Source: Vibrio alginolyticus NBRC 15630 = ATCC 17749 (lineage in GTDB: Bacteria > Pseudomonadota > Gammaproteobacteria > Enterobacterales > Vibrionaceae). From it: DNA of 32,000 bases. Below the pieces are notes generated by a model. The model was not told where the DNA came from. It did no database searches and worked only from the letters and a program-made list of their open reading frames with translations. The DNA is taken from positions 900,001 through 932,000 of the forward strand of contig NC_022359.1 in the NCBI RefSeq assembly GCF_000354175.2, given 5' to 3'. Made by a program: the position numbers and the translations under genes. Below, in pieces: positions 19,287 to 27,045 of the stretch (its first letter is position 1; each line of letters starts with the position of its first letter).

Positions 19287-20690
19287 TTATGTTGATTGAT
19301 TCTCCGGTAGATCCTGTTGGCGTAACTTTTCGTTTTTGATTGTGCGATGCAGCAGCTGGCTGTAAATAGGTTGTCCACCCAACAATTGAGCAATAATCAC
19401 AGCGCCCAAACAAGTAATGATCAATGGCAGGATTAAGTAGTAGTTATTCGTCATTTCAATCACTAACAGAATACCTGTAATCGGTGCACGTACCGTTGCT
19501 GCAAACAGGGCACCCATGCCCGCAATCGCAAATACACCAGGCTCGATATCAAGCGCAGGGAGCAAGACATCAGCACTTGCTCCGAACGCATAACCAAATA
19601 AGGTTCCCAGAGCAAGCATAGGTGCAAAGATGCCTCCCGGCGCACCAGAACCAAAACAGAGCAGGGTTGTAATTACACGACCAAAGAAAAGCAAAACTAA
19701 AATAGATACCGAGTAGTTACCGTTAGTAATGTCAGGAATAAGGCCGATACCACCACCAGTTAGTTGGGGTACGTACAAAAGAAGCAAACCAAACACGCCT
19801 CCCAGTAGCGAACCCACAATCAAGTAGCGCTTACGATCGTTTTTGTGAATTGCGACAAAACTGTCTTGTGCCACGGTAATCAGTTTATTGAAGATCACGC
19901 CAAACACGCCAAACAATGCGCCAAGCAATAAAAACAGCCATAGGGTTTGAAGCTCTGGCGACTGGTATTGCGGCATAGTGATAACGGCGTCTTGCCCGTT
20001 GATGGCGCGAAACACTATGTTCGCCATAATGGCAGAAATGATCACTGCGCGAATTGAGATCAAAGAGTAGCGAAACTGAGGTCGCATTTCCTCCACAACG
20101 AACATAATGCCTGCGAGTGGGGCATTAAAAGCCGCAGCCAAACCGCCAGCAGCACCAGAAGCGAGCAGGGAGTGGCGGGTATCGTCATCCTTTACCCGGA
20201 ATATATCGGTCACCATTCGACCAACAGCGCCCCCCATTTGAACGGTTGGGCCTTCACGACCCAGCACCATACCTGAGCCAAGTGCGCCCATGCCGCCGAA
20301 GAATTTTACTGGTAGAACTCGCCACCAGCGCACTGGACGAATATTATCCATTGCCCCTTCGATTTCAGGAATACCAGAACCTGCCGCTTCTGGCGCAAAG
20401 CGGTGCACAAGAAAATAGCCAATAAAAGCTAAAAGTGCGCTAATGAGAACCGCTGCCAGCCACAACGGTAGAACATTACCAATTTCGCTTCTTAACCATT
20501 CTGTTCGTGTTTCAGAAACGAAATGAACGGCAAGCTCGAAATACGTACCGACAAAACCAGCCAACGTACCCACAATGGCGGCCATAATGAGAACAGAAAA
20601 TGGTGTTGACCCTCGAGAGACAAACTGGTTAATCGCATCTTTCGGTACGTGCGCCAACACAGATTTCACAATTCTCTCGCGTTTGGTCAT
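19287..20690 (-). CDS. clcA: H+/Cl- antiporter ClcA
   Basis: The CLC selectivity-filter motifs GSGIPE, GREGP (gating Glu) and GGIFAP are all present. The likely start is MTKRERIVK at 20690 with AGGAGAG upstream, giving about 467 aa. The ORF-track start at 20762 adds 24 residues. Confidence 0.93.
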   Translation of the reverse strand: MTKRERIVKSVLAHVPKDAINQFVSRGSTPFSVLIMAAIVGTLAGFVGTYFELAVHFVSETRTEWLRSEIGNVLPLWLAAVLISALLAFIGYFLVHRFAPEAAGSGIPEIEGAMDNIRPVRWWRVLPVKFFGGMGALGSGMVLGREGPTVQMGGAVGRMVTDIFRVKDDDTRHSLLASGAAGGLAAAFNAPLAGIMFVVEEMRPQFRYSLISIRAVIISAIMANIVFRAINGQDAVITMPQYQSPELQTLWLFLLLGALFGVFGVIFNKLITVAQDSFVAIHKNDRKRYLIVGSLLGGVFGLLLLYVPQLTGGGIGLIPDITNGNYSVSILVLLFFGRVITTLLCFGSGAPGGIFAPMLALGTLFGYAFGASADVLLPALDIEPGVFAIAGMGALFAATVRAPITGILLVIEMTNNYYLILPLIITCLGAVIIAQLLGGQPIYSQLLHRTIKNEKLRQQDLPENQST

Positions 20691-21050
20691 TAAAAAGCTC
20701 TCCTGTTGCTGGGGGAAGGGACGAAAGAAAGTATACGCTTCGCAGAGTCTAGACCTAATCAATAAAGATGCAATTTAGCTTTTCACTATTGAGTGTTCGA
20801 AGTGTCGCGATATTATTCATTCACTCAGATTGTGCTATTGCTCTCATAATTTAGGATAAAAAACTTGTTTTTTGAGAAAAATGAACCATGCTTTAATTGT
20901 AAAGCAACATGACTGCTTCAGAAGGAGGGATGTGAGGTTTTACACACAATTTGGATGGATTCAAACCCTACGGTAAGTCCTCGTTTTATGTTCGGGATGC
21001 ATCAATAGACATCGCCGATTCGCACACTCACGATTGAGTAACGAGGTAGA

Positions 21051-21080
21051 GGCGCACGCACATGTGCGCCTTCTTAATTT
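21051..21080 (+). terminator. Orphan terminator-like hairpin in the clcA / 204-aa-ORF intergenic region
   Basis: Perfect 7-bp GC-rich stem GGCGCAC / GTGCGCC (21051-21057 / 21064-21070) with a 6-nt loop, followed by TTCTTAATTTCT. No annotated plus-strand gene ends upstream of it. Confidence 0.5.
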
Positions 21081-21087
21081 CTGCGTT

Positions 21088-21117
21088 ATAACTTTCATCA
21101 CCATAACTTTCATCGCC
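21088..21117. repeat. Two tandem copies of a 15-bp unit (ATAACTTTCATCRCC)
   Basis: ATAACTTTCATCaCC (21088-21102) is followed directly by ATAACTTTCATCgCC (21103-21117), 14 of 15 identical. The repeat lies 45-80 bp upstream of the candidate starts of the 204-aa ORF. Confidence 0.7.
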
Positions 21118-21160
21118 ACCTGCCACTATTTTTCTCTTGAACATTTTCTTGTAGTTAGTA

Positions 21161-21775
21161 ATGTCTTGGTTCGATGTCAACCAACTAGAGCAGTGCATGC
21201 GCTTTTATCTTCGACTCTTACTTTCTTTATGTTGTTGTTCGGTAACGTTTCCGGCACTTTCAACGCCGAGCTGGTGGCAAGACACGTTGTCAGCAATGCC
21301 ATATTCCAATCTAAAAGAACGTATAGAAAAAAGTGGAAGCTGGTATGGTTGCGAAGTGCAGTTGCGAGACAACTCAACGTTTATCAGCGCATTTTGTTTG
21401 GATGATTTTTCGTACTACCAGCAGCACTTGTATGGTGAAGTGGTTTTGAGAAGAGAAAGTGCTCAGTTCTCGTTTCTCACTGAATACGAGTGGCAGCGTC
21501 TGAATGACTTACTTCTCAACTTAAGAAAGGATGGGTTAGTTTTACGCAGAGTTACTATCGGACAAGAACACTATGATGTCGTTGAAGCTCTGGAAAAGAA
21601 ATCTTCCGAGCTTGTCGATAAAGAAGTTATTTTGTTGATGAACCGCTATCCACAAGAAACGATTCGAAGTTTGCTTTGGGTAAAACCGGACGAGTTTCTG
21701 ACGCCATCACCGTCCTTAAATGTGCAATTGCGCAGTGATGGCGAAATTATCGAGGTCAAAGTGACTCGTTTTTAG
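21161..21775 (+). CDS. Hypothetical secreted protein (no family recognised)
   Basis: Long ORF with coding-like composition. An internal ATG at 21197 gives MRFYLRLLLSLCCCSVTFPALS|TP, a plausible Sec signal peptide, so the true start may be 21197. No convincing RBS precedes either start. Confidence 0.6.
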   Translation: MSWFDVNQLEQCMRFYLRLLLSLCCCSVTFPALSTPSWWQDTLSAMPYSNLKERIEKSGSWYGCEVQLRDNSTFISAFCLDDFSYYQQHLYGEVVLRRESAQFSFLTEYEWQRLNDLLLNLRKDGLVLRRVTIGQEHYDVVEALEKKSSELVDKEVILLMNRYPQETIRSLLWVKPDEFLTPSPSLNVQLRSDGEIIEVKVTRF

Positions 21776-22169
21776 ATTCTTTATGGAGAGATAGGAAGGT
21801 CGCCATTGCAGACTCATCCAAAAAACCATCCGATTTTTTGTGAGCGCGCAGGTATTGATAGCCTGCGATTAGCTTGCGGTGTATCTCTTCTGCATCGTCT
21901 GACAACGGCTGATTCATAACGTGTTGAAAGGCAAGTTTGTACGCATCCATATCCACGACTTCAGCACGGCGATATAAATAACCACATCCCGTTGCTAACC
22001 ATTCAAGAGAGCAATTGGCGCGCATTGCAATTTGATTTGCTTTAGTTAGGCTAGGTTCACTGCCTTTAAGGTATTTGCGTATTAAAGCTTCAGACACATC
22101 GACGCGTCGAGCGAACCCGCTGATGCTTTCTTCTCCGATCAGGGTGGCTAGGCGTTGGGCAAAAGACAT
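21756..22169 (-). CDS. XRE/cI-type helix-turn-helix transcriptional regulator
   Basis: The N-terminus (FAQRLATLIGEESISGFARRVDVSEALIRKYLKGSEPSLTKANQIAMRANCSLEWLATG) fits the HTH_3/cI-like pattern. A GGAG RBS lies 8 nt upstream. The gene is divergent from ydhF. Confidence 0.8.
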   Translation of the reverse strand: MSFAQRLATLIGEESISGFARRVDVSEALIRKYLKGSEPSLTKANQIAMRANCSLEWLATGCGYLYRRAEVVDMDAYKLAFQHVMNQPLSDDAEEIHRKLIAGYQYLRAHKKSDGFLDESAMATFLSLHKESKNESL

Positions 22170-22264
22170 ATTTCGTACTCCAGTTCGAATTGCGAAAGTT
22201 TACCCGTTGAGCCGGTACGAAAACAAGACTACGATGAATGCAGATCAATTGAAGGAGAAAACCC

Positions 22265-23173
22265 ATGGTTGCAAAAGTAGTAACTGCACCAAAAGGCCCA
22301 GAGTTCTCAGAGCTGGTTCAAGGATATTGGCGTGCAGTTGAGTGGGGAATGACGGCTCAAGAGCGTTTGTCATTTCTTAAGCAACACATTGAGTTAGGCA
22401 TTACGACAGTCGATCACGCCGACATCTACGGTAATTACGAGTGTGAGGCGTTGTTTGGTGAAGCGTTAGCTTTAGACAAGAGTGTTCGTGAGCAAATTCA
22501 GATCGTGACGAAATGCGACATCAATTTGTGTGGCGATAAAACGCCAGAGCGTAAGATCAATCACTACGACACGAGCTCAGCACATATCTACCAATCGGTG
22601 AATAACTCGCTAGAACGTTTGAATGTGGATGAAATCGACGTACTTTTAATTCATCGTCCTGACGTGTTAATGGATGCGGACGAGGTTGCGGAAGCATTTT
22701 CTGAGCTTCACAAAGTCGGCAAAGTGAAGCACTTTGGCGTGTCTAACTTCACTCCACGCCAGTTTGAACTGCTGCAATCTCGCTTAGGTAAGCCGTTGGT
22801 TACTAACCAAGTGGAAATCAACCCACTTAACTTTGAGGTTGCTCACGATGGAACGCTTGACCAAATGCAAATGTTGCGTACGCGACCAATGGCTTGGTCT
22901 TGCCTCGGTGGAGGTTCAATTTTTAGTGGTGACAGTGAGCAAGCTGTTCGTGTCCGTAACGAATTAGAAGCAATTCGTGAAGAAGTGGGCGCAGCGAGTA
23001 TTGACCAAGTAATTTATGCCTGGGTACGTCGTTTGCCATCTAACCCTATTCCAATCATTGGCTCTGGTAAAATCGAGCGTGTGCAAACAGCAGTTAATGC
23101 ATTGAACATCGAACTTACTCGAGAGCAATGGTATCGCGTATGGGTGGCTTCTAAAGGTCATGGTGTGCCATAG
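22265..23173 (+). CDS. ydhF: Aldo/keto reductase, YdhF-like oxidoreductase
   Basis: 302 aa and closely colinear with E. coli YdhF as I recall it (TTVDHADIYG.Y.CE..FGEAL, LLIHRPD.LMDADEVA.AF..LH..GKV.HFGVSNFTP.QF.LLQSRL, MAWSCLGGG, PIPIIGSGKIERV). The RBS is AAGGAGA. Confidence 0.9.
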   Translation: MVAKVVTAPKGPEFSELVQGYWRAVEWGMTAQERLSFLKQHIELGITTVDHADIYGNYECEALFGEALALDKSVREQIQIVTKCDINLCGDKTPERKINHYDTSSAHIYQSVNNSLERLNVDEIDVLLIHRPDVLMDADEVAEAFSELHKVGKVKHFGVSNFTPRQFELLQSRLGKPLVTNQVEINPLNFEVAHDGTLDQMQMLRTRPMAWSCLGGGSIFSGDSEQAVRVRNELEAIREEVGAASIDQVIYAWVRRLPSNPIPIIGSGKIERVQTAVNALNIELTREQWYRVWVASKGHGVP

Positions 23174-23203
23174 AATTGATATCTTATCGATGAAATTGTT
23201 ATT

Positions 23204-23232
23204 AAAGGCATCCTCTAGCAGGGTGCCTTTTT
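23204..23232 (+). terminator. Terminator of ydhF
   Basis: Stem AAAGGCA / TGCCTTT with inner CCT/AGG pairing, followed by a T-run (TTTTT). Confidence 0.75.
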
Positions 23233-23540
23233 AGTTTTAGCGCGTTACTGTTTACCCATTATGGAAATGGAAAGAATGAAATTCGAGCAAAAATGGGCTT
23301 TGGATGTTAGCTGCAACTTTTTGCTTACTTTGGGTGGAGGAGTTTTACCCATGTTTGTTTTATGTCACTAAACAGCGAATGTGATGCTTGCTTTTTAGTC
23401 ATTTTGTTCACTCATTCATTCATATTGCGTATGCTTATTGAATAATAAAGAAATAAAAAACTCGTCAGTTTTCTCGTATTACATGCTGTAACAATCTGTT
23501 AGACTCCGGCGCAGATTGTGGAATATAAAAAGGTGATTGA

Positions 23541-24545
23541 ATGTCTTTTCCCGTACTCATCTGTGATGATTCAGCGTTAGCACGCAAACAGATGGCGAGA
23601 TCACTACCAGCCACATTGAATGCCGATATTAAGTTTGCTATCCACGGAAAAAACGCGCTAGCAGAACTCGAAAAAAACGAGTTTAAATTGATGTTTCTTG
23701 ATTTGACCATGCCAGAAATGGATGGCTTTGAAACACTAGAGCACATGCAACGGTTGGGGGATAAAACTCCGGTGGTTGTTGTGTCGGGGGATATCCAACC
23801 TAAAGCGAAAGAGCGCGTGTTCGCACTGGGTGCAAAAGCGTTTATTCAAAAACCGATCGCCAAAGATGAACTCAAGAGGGCGCTTAAAGAGTTGGTCGAG
23901 CCAGAACCTCGTCCTCAAATTATCACGCCTGTCTCTATTGAGTTACCGATTTTACGTCGTCGCGATATTTACATGGAAGTGGCTAACGTTTCAATTGGTC
24001 GAGCAGCCGATGCGTTGGCGCGTCACTTTGACGTGTTTGTGCAACTACCTCTGCCGAACGTCAATATCTTTGAAGTGAGCGAACTTCACATGGCGCTACG
24101 CGACTTGGCGTCGCATGACAACGTATCGGGTGTTTGTCAGGGATTTTGTGGCGAAGGTATTGCTGGCGAAGCGCTAGTGATTTTGAGTGATTCAAGCGTA
24201 TCTGATCTCAAAAAGTTGATGAAAGTACCAGCAGACAGCGAAGAGCTAGAAGAGCTTGAGCTGCTAATGGATATTTCTAATATTTTGGTGGGGTCGTTCT
24301 TAAATGGTTTAGGCGAGCAGTCTGAAGTCCGATTCTTCCAAAGTCCACCAGTACTCCTTGGTCAGCATATCTCAATTGACTCGATCATTGAATCTACAAC
24401 TGGAGCATTCAGCCGCACGATGACATTCGAAGTGAGCTACAACATTGAAGGAACGTCGATTCGTTGTGACTTGTTGTTTATGTTTGTGGATGAATCCTTG
24501 CCGCTGCTTGATAACAAACTGTCTTATCTAATGGAGGAGTTCTAA
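23541..24545 (+). CDS. Response regulator: CheY-like receiver fused to a CheC/CheX-like (CheY-P phosphatase family) domain
   Basis: The receiver has DD (LICDDS), the phospho-acceptor FLDLTMP, VVVSGD and IQKP. The C-terminal domain has one exact CheC active-site motif, D-X3-E-X2-N-X22-P (DIYMEVAN + 22 residues + P). It also has a second, permuted copy, E-X3-D-X2-N-X22-P (ELLMDISN + 22 residues + P). Confidence 0.85.
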   Translation: MSFPVLICDDSALARKQMARSLPATLNADIKFAIHGKNALAELEKNEFKLMFLDLTMPEMDGFETLEHMQRLGDKTPVVVVSGDIQPKAKERVFALGAKAFIQKPIAKDELKRALKELVEPEPRPQIITPVSIELPILRRRDIYMEVANVSIGRAADALARHFDVFVQLPLPNVNIFEVSELHMALRDLASHDNVSGVCQGFCGEGIAGEALVILSDSSVSDLKKLMKVPADSEELEELELLMDISNILVGSFLNGLGEQSEVRFFQSPPVLLGQHISIDSIIESTTGAFSRTMTFEVSYNIEGTSIRCDLLFMFVDESLPLLDNKLSYLMEEF

Positions 24546-24982
24546 TGTTGAATATGCCAGCAGAGTTTGAACAATTCCATTGGATGGTGGATATGGTACA
24601 AAACGTCGACATGGGCTTAGTGGTCATTGATCGAGATTACAATGTACAGGTCTGGAATGGGTTTATGACTCATCACAGTGGTTTGCAGTCTCATGATGCG
24701 ATTGGTCGTTCTATATTTGATATCTTCCCTGAAATCCCACAGGAGTGGTTTAAATTAAAAACAAAACCAGTGTATGACCTAGGCTGTCGCAGCTTCATCA
24801 CATGGCGACAACGACCTTACTTATTCTGCTGTCGTAATGTTCGACCAGTTACGCAGCAAGCGGAGTTTATGTACCAGAATGTTACGTTGAACCCAATGCG
24901 CACACCGACTGGAAAAATCAACTCGTTGTTTTTGTCTATACAAGACGCGACGGCTGAAGCTCTGATGTCTCAGAATCAATAG
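24545..24982 (+). CDS. Stand-alone PAS-domain protein
   Basis: 145 aa with a PAS-like core (MGLVVIDRDYNVQVWNGFMTHHSGLQSHDAIGRSIFDIFPE...). The start overlaps the upstream stop (TAATG). A GGAGGA RBS lies 6 nt upstream, inside the upstream gene. Confidence 0.8.
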   Translation: MLNMPAEFEQFHWMVDMVQNVDMGLVVIDRDYNVQVWNGFMTHHSGLQSHDAIGRSIFDIFPEIPQEWFKLKTKPVYDLGCRSFITWRQRPYLFCCRNVRPVTQQAEFMYQNVTLNPMRTPTGKINSLFLSIQDATAEALMSQNQ

Positions 24983-24999
24983 CGATAAAAAACTTTCTC

Positions 25000-25027
25000 A
25001 AAAGCCAAGGTCCGCCTTGGCTTTTTT
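25000..25027 (+). terminator. Terminator of the receiver-CheC/PAS operon
   Basis: Stem AAAAGCCAAGG / CCTTGGCTTTT with loop TCCG and a T-run. Confidence 0.88.
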
Positions 25028-25062
25028 GTATACTTATAATTGTGTTTCCCAATGCGTAGAAC

Positions 25063-26610
25063 GTGAATATGGACTTTAATCTCGCCCTAAAACTCTACAC
25101 CGCAGAGCAAGTAAAAAACGGTGAAACGCTGGCTGCGCAAATGGCTGGTGTTTCTATGTATAGCTTAATGCAACGCGCTGGTATGGCCGTGTATGAGCGC
25201 TTTTTACATCTGTATCCTAAATCAAAAAATATCTTAGTGATTTGCGGTAAAGGGAATAACGGTGGCGATGGTTACGTATTTGCATCTCTTGCGAAACAAG
25301 CTCAACTCAATGTACATGTTTTCCAAATTGGTGATGTATCTGTGCTAAAAGGTGATGCTTTGCGCGCATACCAAGACTGGCAGTCAATCGACGGTGTTAA
25401 CAATGATTGGGATGAATGGAATACCGCATTGCTAGAAGCAGATGTGATCATCGATGCCATGTTAGGCACTGGTTTAAGCGGTGAGGTTCGTTCGGAGTAT
25501 CGTCGCTATATTGACCAAATTAATCAAATTCATACCCCTGTGATTGCAGTCGACGTTCCTTCTGGTCTGTGTGCTAATACAGGTGCAGTTTTAGGTGATG
25601 CTATTCGTGCCGAGCATACTGTAACCTTCATTGGGGTTAAGCAAGGCTTATGCACTGGACAAGCGAGAGATCGAGTTGGCGAGCTCTACTTTTGTGGTTT
25701 AGGCGTCAATACTAAGTTTGATACTATCGAAGTAGAAAGTGCATTAGGTATTGATCATCAGGTTGTTTCAAGATTAATGCCCAAGCCAAATCCAACGGTC
25801 CATAAAGGTGACAACGGGAAGTTGCTTTGTGTTGGTGGCAACCAAGGGATGTCTGGAGCGATTCGTTTATGTTCCTCCGCTGCGATTAGAGCCGGAGCGG
25901 GTTTAACTGCCGCAATTACTCACACGAGTAGCCTTATTCCACTGCAGGTTGGTTGCCCAGAAGTAATGAGCCAGAGCATCACCGCTGACTTACTCAGGGA
26001 TACTGAGAACGACTTAACTAAACGCATTCGCTGGGCTGATGTATTCGTGTTTGGTCCTGGCTTTGGAGATGATGAGTGGGCTTATCAAGCCTATCAATAT
26101 CTGGCTCAAGAGCAGAAACCTAAAGTTGTTGATGCTGATGGCCTCAATATTCTAGCGATGCTGAGCCAGCGATGCGATAGCACTCTGGTGTGCGACAACC
26201 ATCGAGTGATCACGCCGCATCCTGGAGAGGCAGCTCGACTACTAAATGTAACCATTCAACAAATAGAAAGTGACCGATACTCTGCTGCAAGACAACTGCA
26301 AGAGCGTTATGGCGGTGTAGTGGTTTTAAAAGGCGCGGGGACGCTTGTTTACGATGGAACGAGAATGTACGTCTGTCTAGCGGGTAACGCCGGAATGGCG
26401 ACGGGGGGAATGGGAGATGTGTTATCTGGAGTCATTGGTGCATTACTAGCCAAAGGTTTACCAATTTCTGTTGCCGCACGTTTAGGTGTGGTACTTCACA
26501 GTCATGCTGCCGATATAAACGTGAGTCAGCATGGTCAAATTGGTCTTTTGGCAAGTGATGTCGTTAGCACTCTTCGTACCGCTATCACCCAAGAGCTCTA
26601 TCGAGTTTAA
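25063..26610 (+). CDS. nnr: Bifunctional NAD(P)H-hydrate repair enzyme Nnr (epimerase plus ADP-dependent dehydratase; YjeF)
   Basis: Colinear with E. coli YjeF (GKGNNGGDGYV, DA.LGTGL, AVD.PSG, HKGD.G, VITPHPGEAARLL, VLKGAGT, GN.GMA.GGMGDVLSG). The ORF-track start is a GTG at 25063; the ATG at 25069 is an equally plausible start. Confidence 0.93.
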   Translation: MNMDFNLALKLYTAEQVKNGETLAAQMAGVSMYSLMQRAGMAVYERFLHLYPKSKNILVICGKGNNGGDGYVFASLAKQAQLNVHVFQIGDVSVLKGDALRAYQDWQSIDGVNNDWDEWNTALLEADVIIDAMLGTGLSGEVRSEYRRYIDQINQIHTPVIAVDVPSGLCANTGAVLGDAIRAEHTVTFIGVKQGLCTGQARDRVGELYFCGLGVNTKFDTIEVESALGIDHQVVSRLMPKPNPTVHKGDNGKLLCVGGNQGMSGAIRLCSSAAIRAGAGLTAAITHTSSLIPLQVGCPEVMSQSITADLLRDTENDLTKRIRWADVFVFGPGFGDDEWAYQAYQYLAQEQKPKVVDADGLNILAMLSQRCDSTLVCDNHRVITPHPGEAARLLNVTIQQIESDRYSAARQLQERYGGVVVLKGAGTLVYDGTRMYVCLAGNAGMATGGMGDVLSGVIGALLAKGLPISVAARLGVVLHSHAADINVSQHGQIGLLASDVVSTLRTAITQELYRV

Positions 26611-26922
26611 TTAGATTTCATGCATTTTTGAGAAAATTGGTCGATTTTTTTGAGTACTTTTTTACGAATTAGCAGGGCATCTTAGTATTAGGTGATTGAG
26701 TTTTAGGCAGATTTGAGAGGTGATGCGTTTTCATTTTAAAGGGATGACGCAAAGGTTTGCGCAAGAGGTTAACTTAAACGTTTTCTTAAGTTGTTGATAA
26801 TTATAAATAATGAGAAAAAATAACGACTTGAGGAGTGTTTTTGATATGCGATTATCAAGATGGTATCACAAAAAAATTCAAATATCAGACTTGTAGGAAA
26901 TAAATCACAGCCTATAATGCTG

Positions 26923-26957
26923 AAAACCGGAGCGTCTGCCAACGCTCCGGTTTTTTT
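26923..26957 (+). terminator. Strong intrinsic terminator hairpin about 90 bp upstream of guaC and about 310 bp downstream of nnr
   Basis: 8-bp GC stem CCGGAGCG / CGCTCCGG (26927-26934 / 26943-26950) with an A/T extension and an 8-nt loop, followed by T7. A perfect TATAAT lies at 26913-26918, just upstream. Confidence 0.8.
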
Positions 26958-27045
26958 GTGTCCGAAGAACAGTGAACTCGTCTGCCAACGAAATCACTAC
27001 GCACTCTGAGATGACACATATACATATGAATCAAGGAATTACACA

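Noticed and set aside
469-20778. Many 60-120-aa ORFs in the track lie inside or antisense to the long genes. Examples are 469-687, 1252-1554, 3031-3246, 5776-6287, 6658-6846, 10461-10769, 13912-14382, 15953-16847, 17778-18020, 18088-18534, 19463-19654 and 20575-20778.
   Set aside because: Each is fully embedded in a well-supported gene with recognisable family motifs on the other strand or frame. They have skewed, low-complexity compositions and no RBS, so they are treated as shadow ORFs.
21088-21117. Reading the 15-bp tandem repeat as ToxR-type TNAAA-N5-TNAAA sites
   Set aside because: On the minus strand the TGAAA words recur with a 15-bp period (N10 spacing), not the 10-bp period of the ToxR consensus.
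21034-21405. 123-aa ORF overlapping the start of the 204-aa ORF in another frame
   Set aside because: It begins inside the terminator-like hairpin region and runs through the tandem repeat. It lacks an RBS and is out of frame with the longer, more coherent ORF.
26747-26762. PurR-box-like near-palindrome ACGCAAAGGTTTGCGC upstream of guaC
   Set aside because: It matches 14 of 16 positions of ACGCAAACGTTTGCGT but lacks the central CpG, which is invariant in the E. coli PurR operators I know. It also sits about 300 bp from the guaC ATG, upstream of a terminator. It is not strong enough to call and would need a genome-wide PurR matrix scan.
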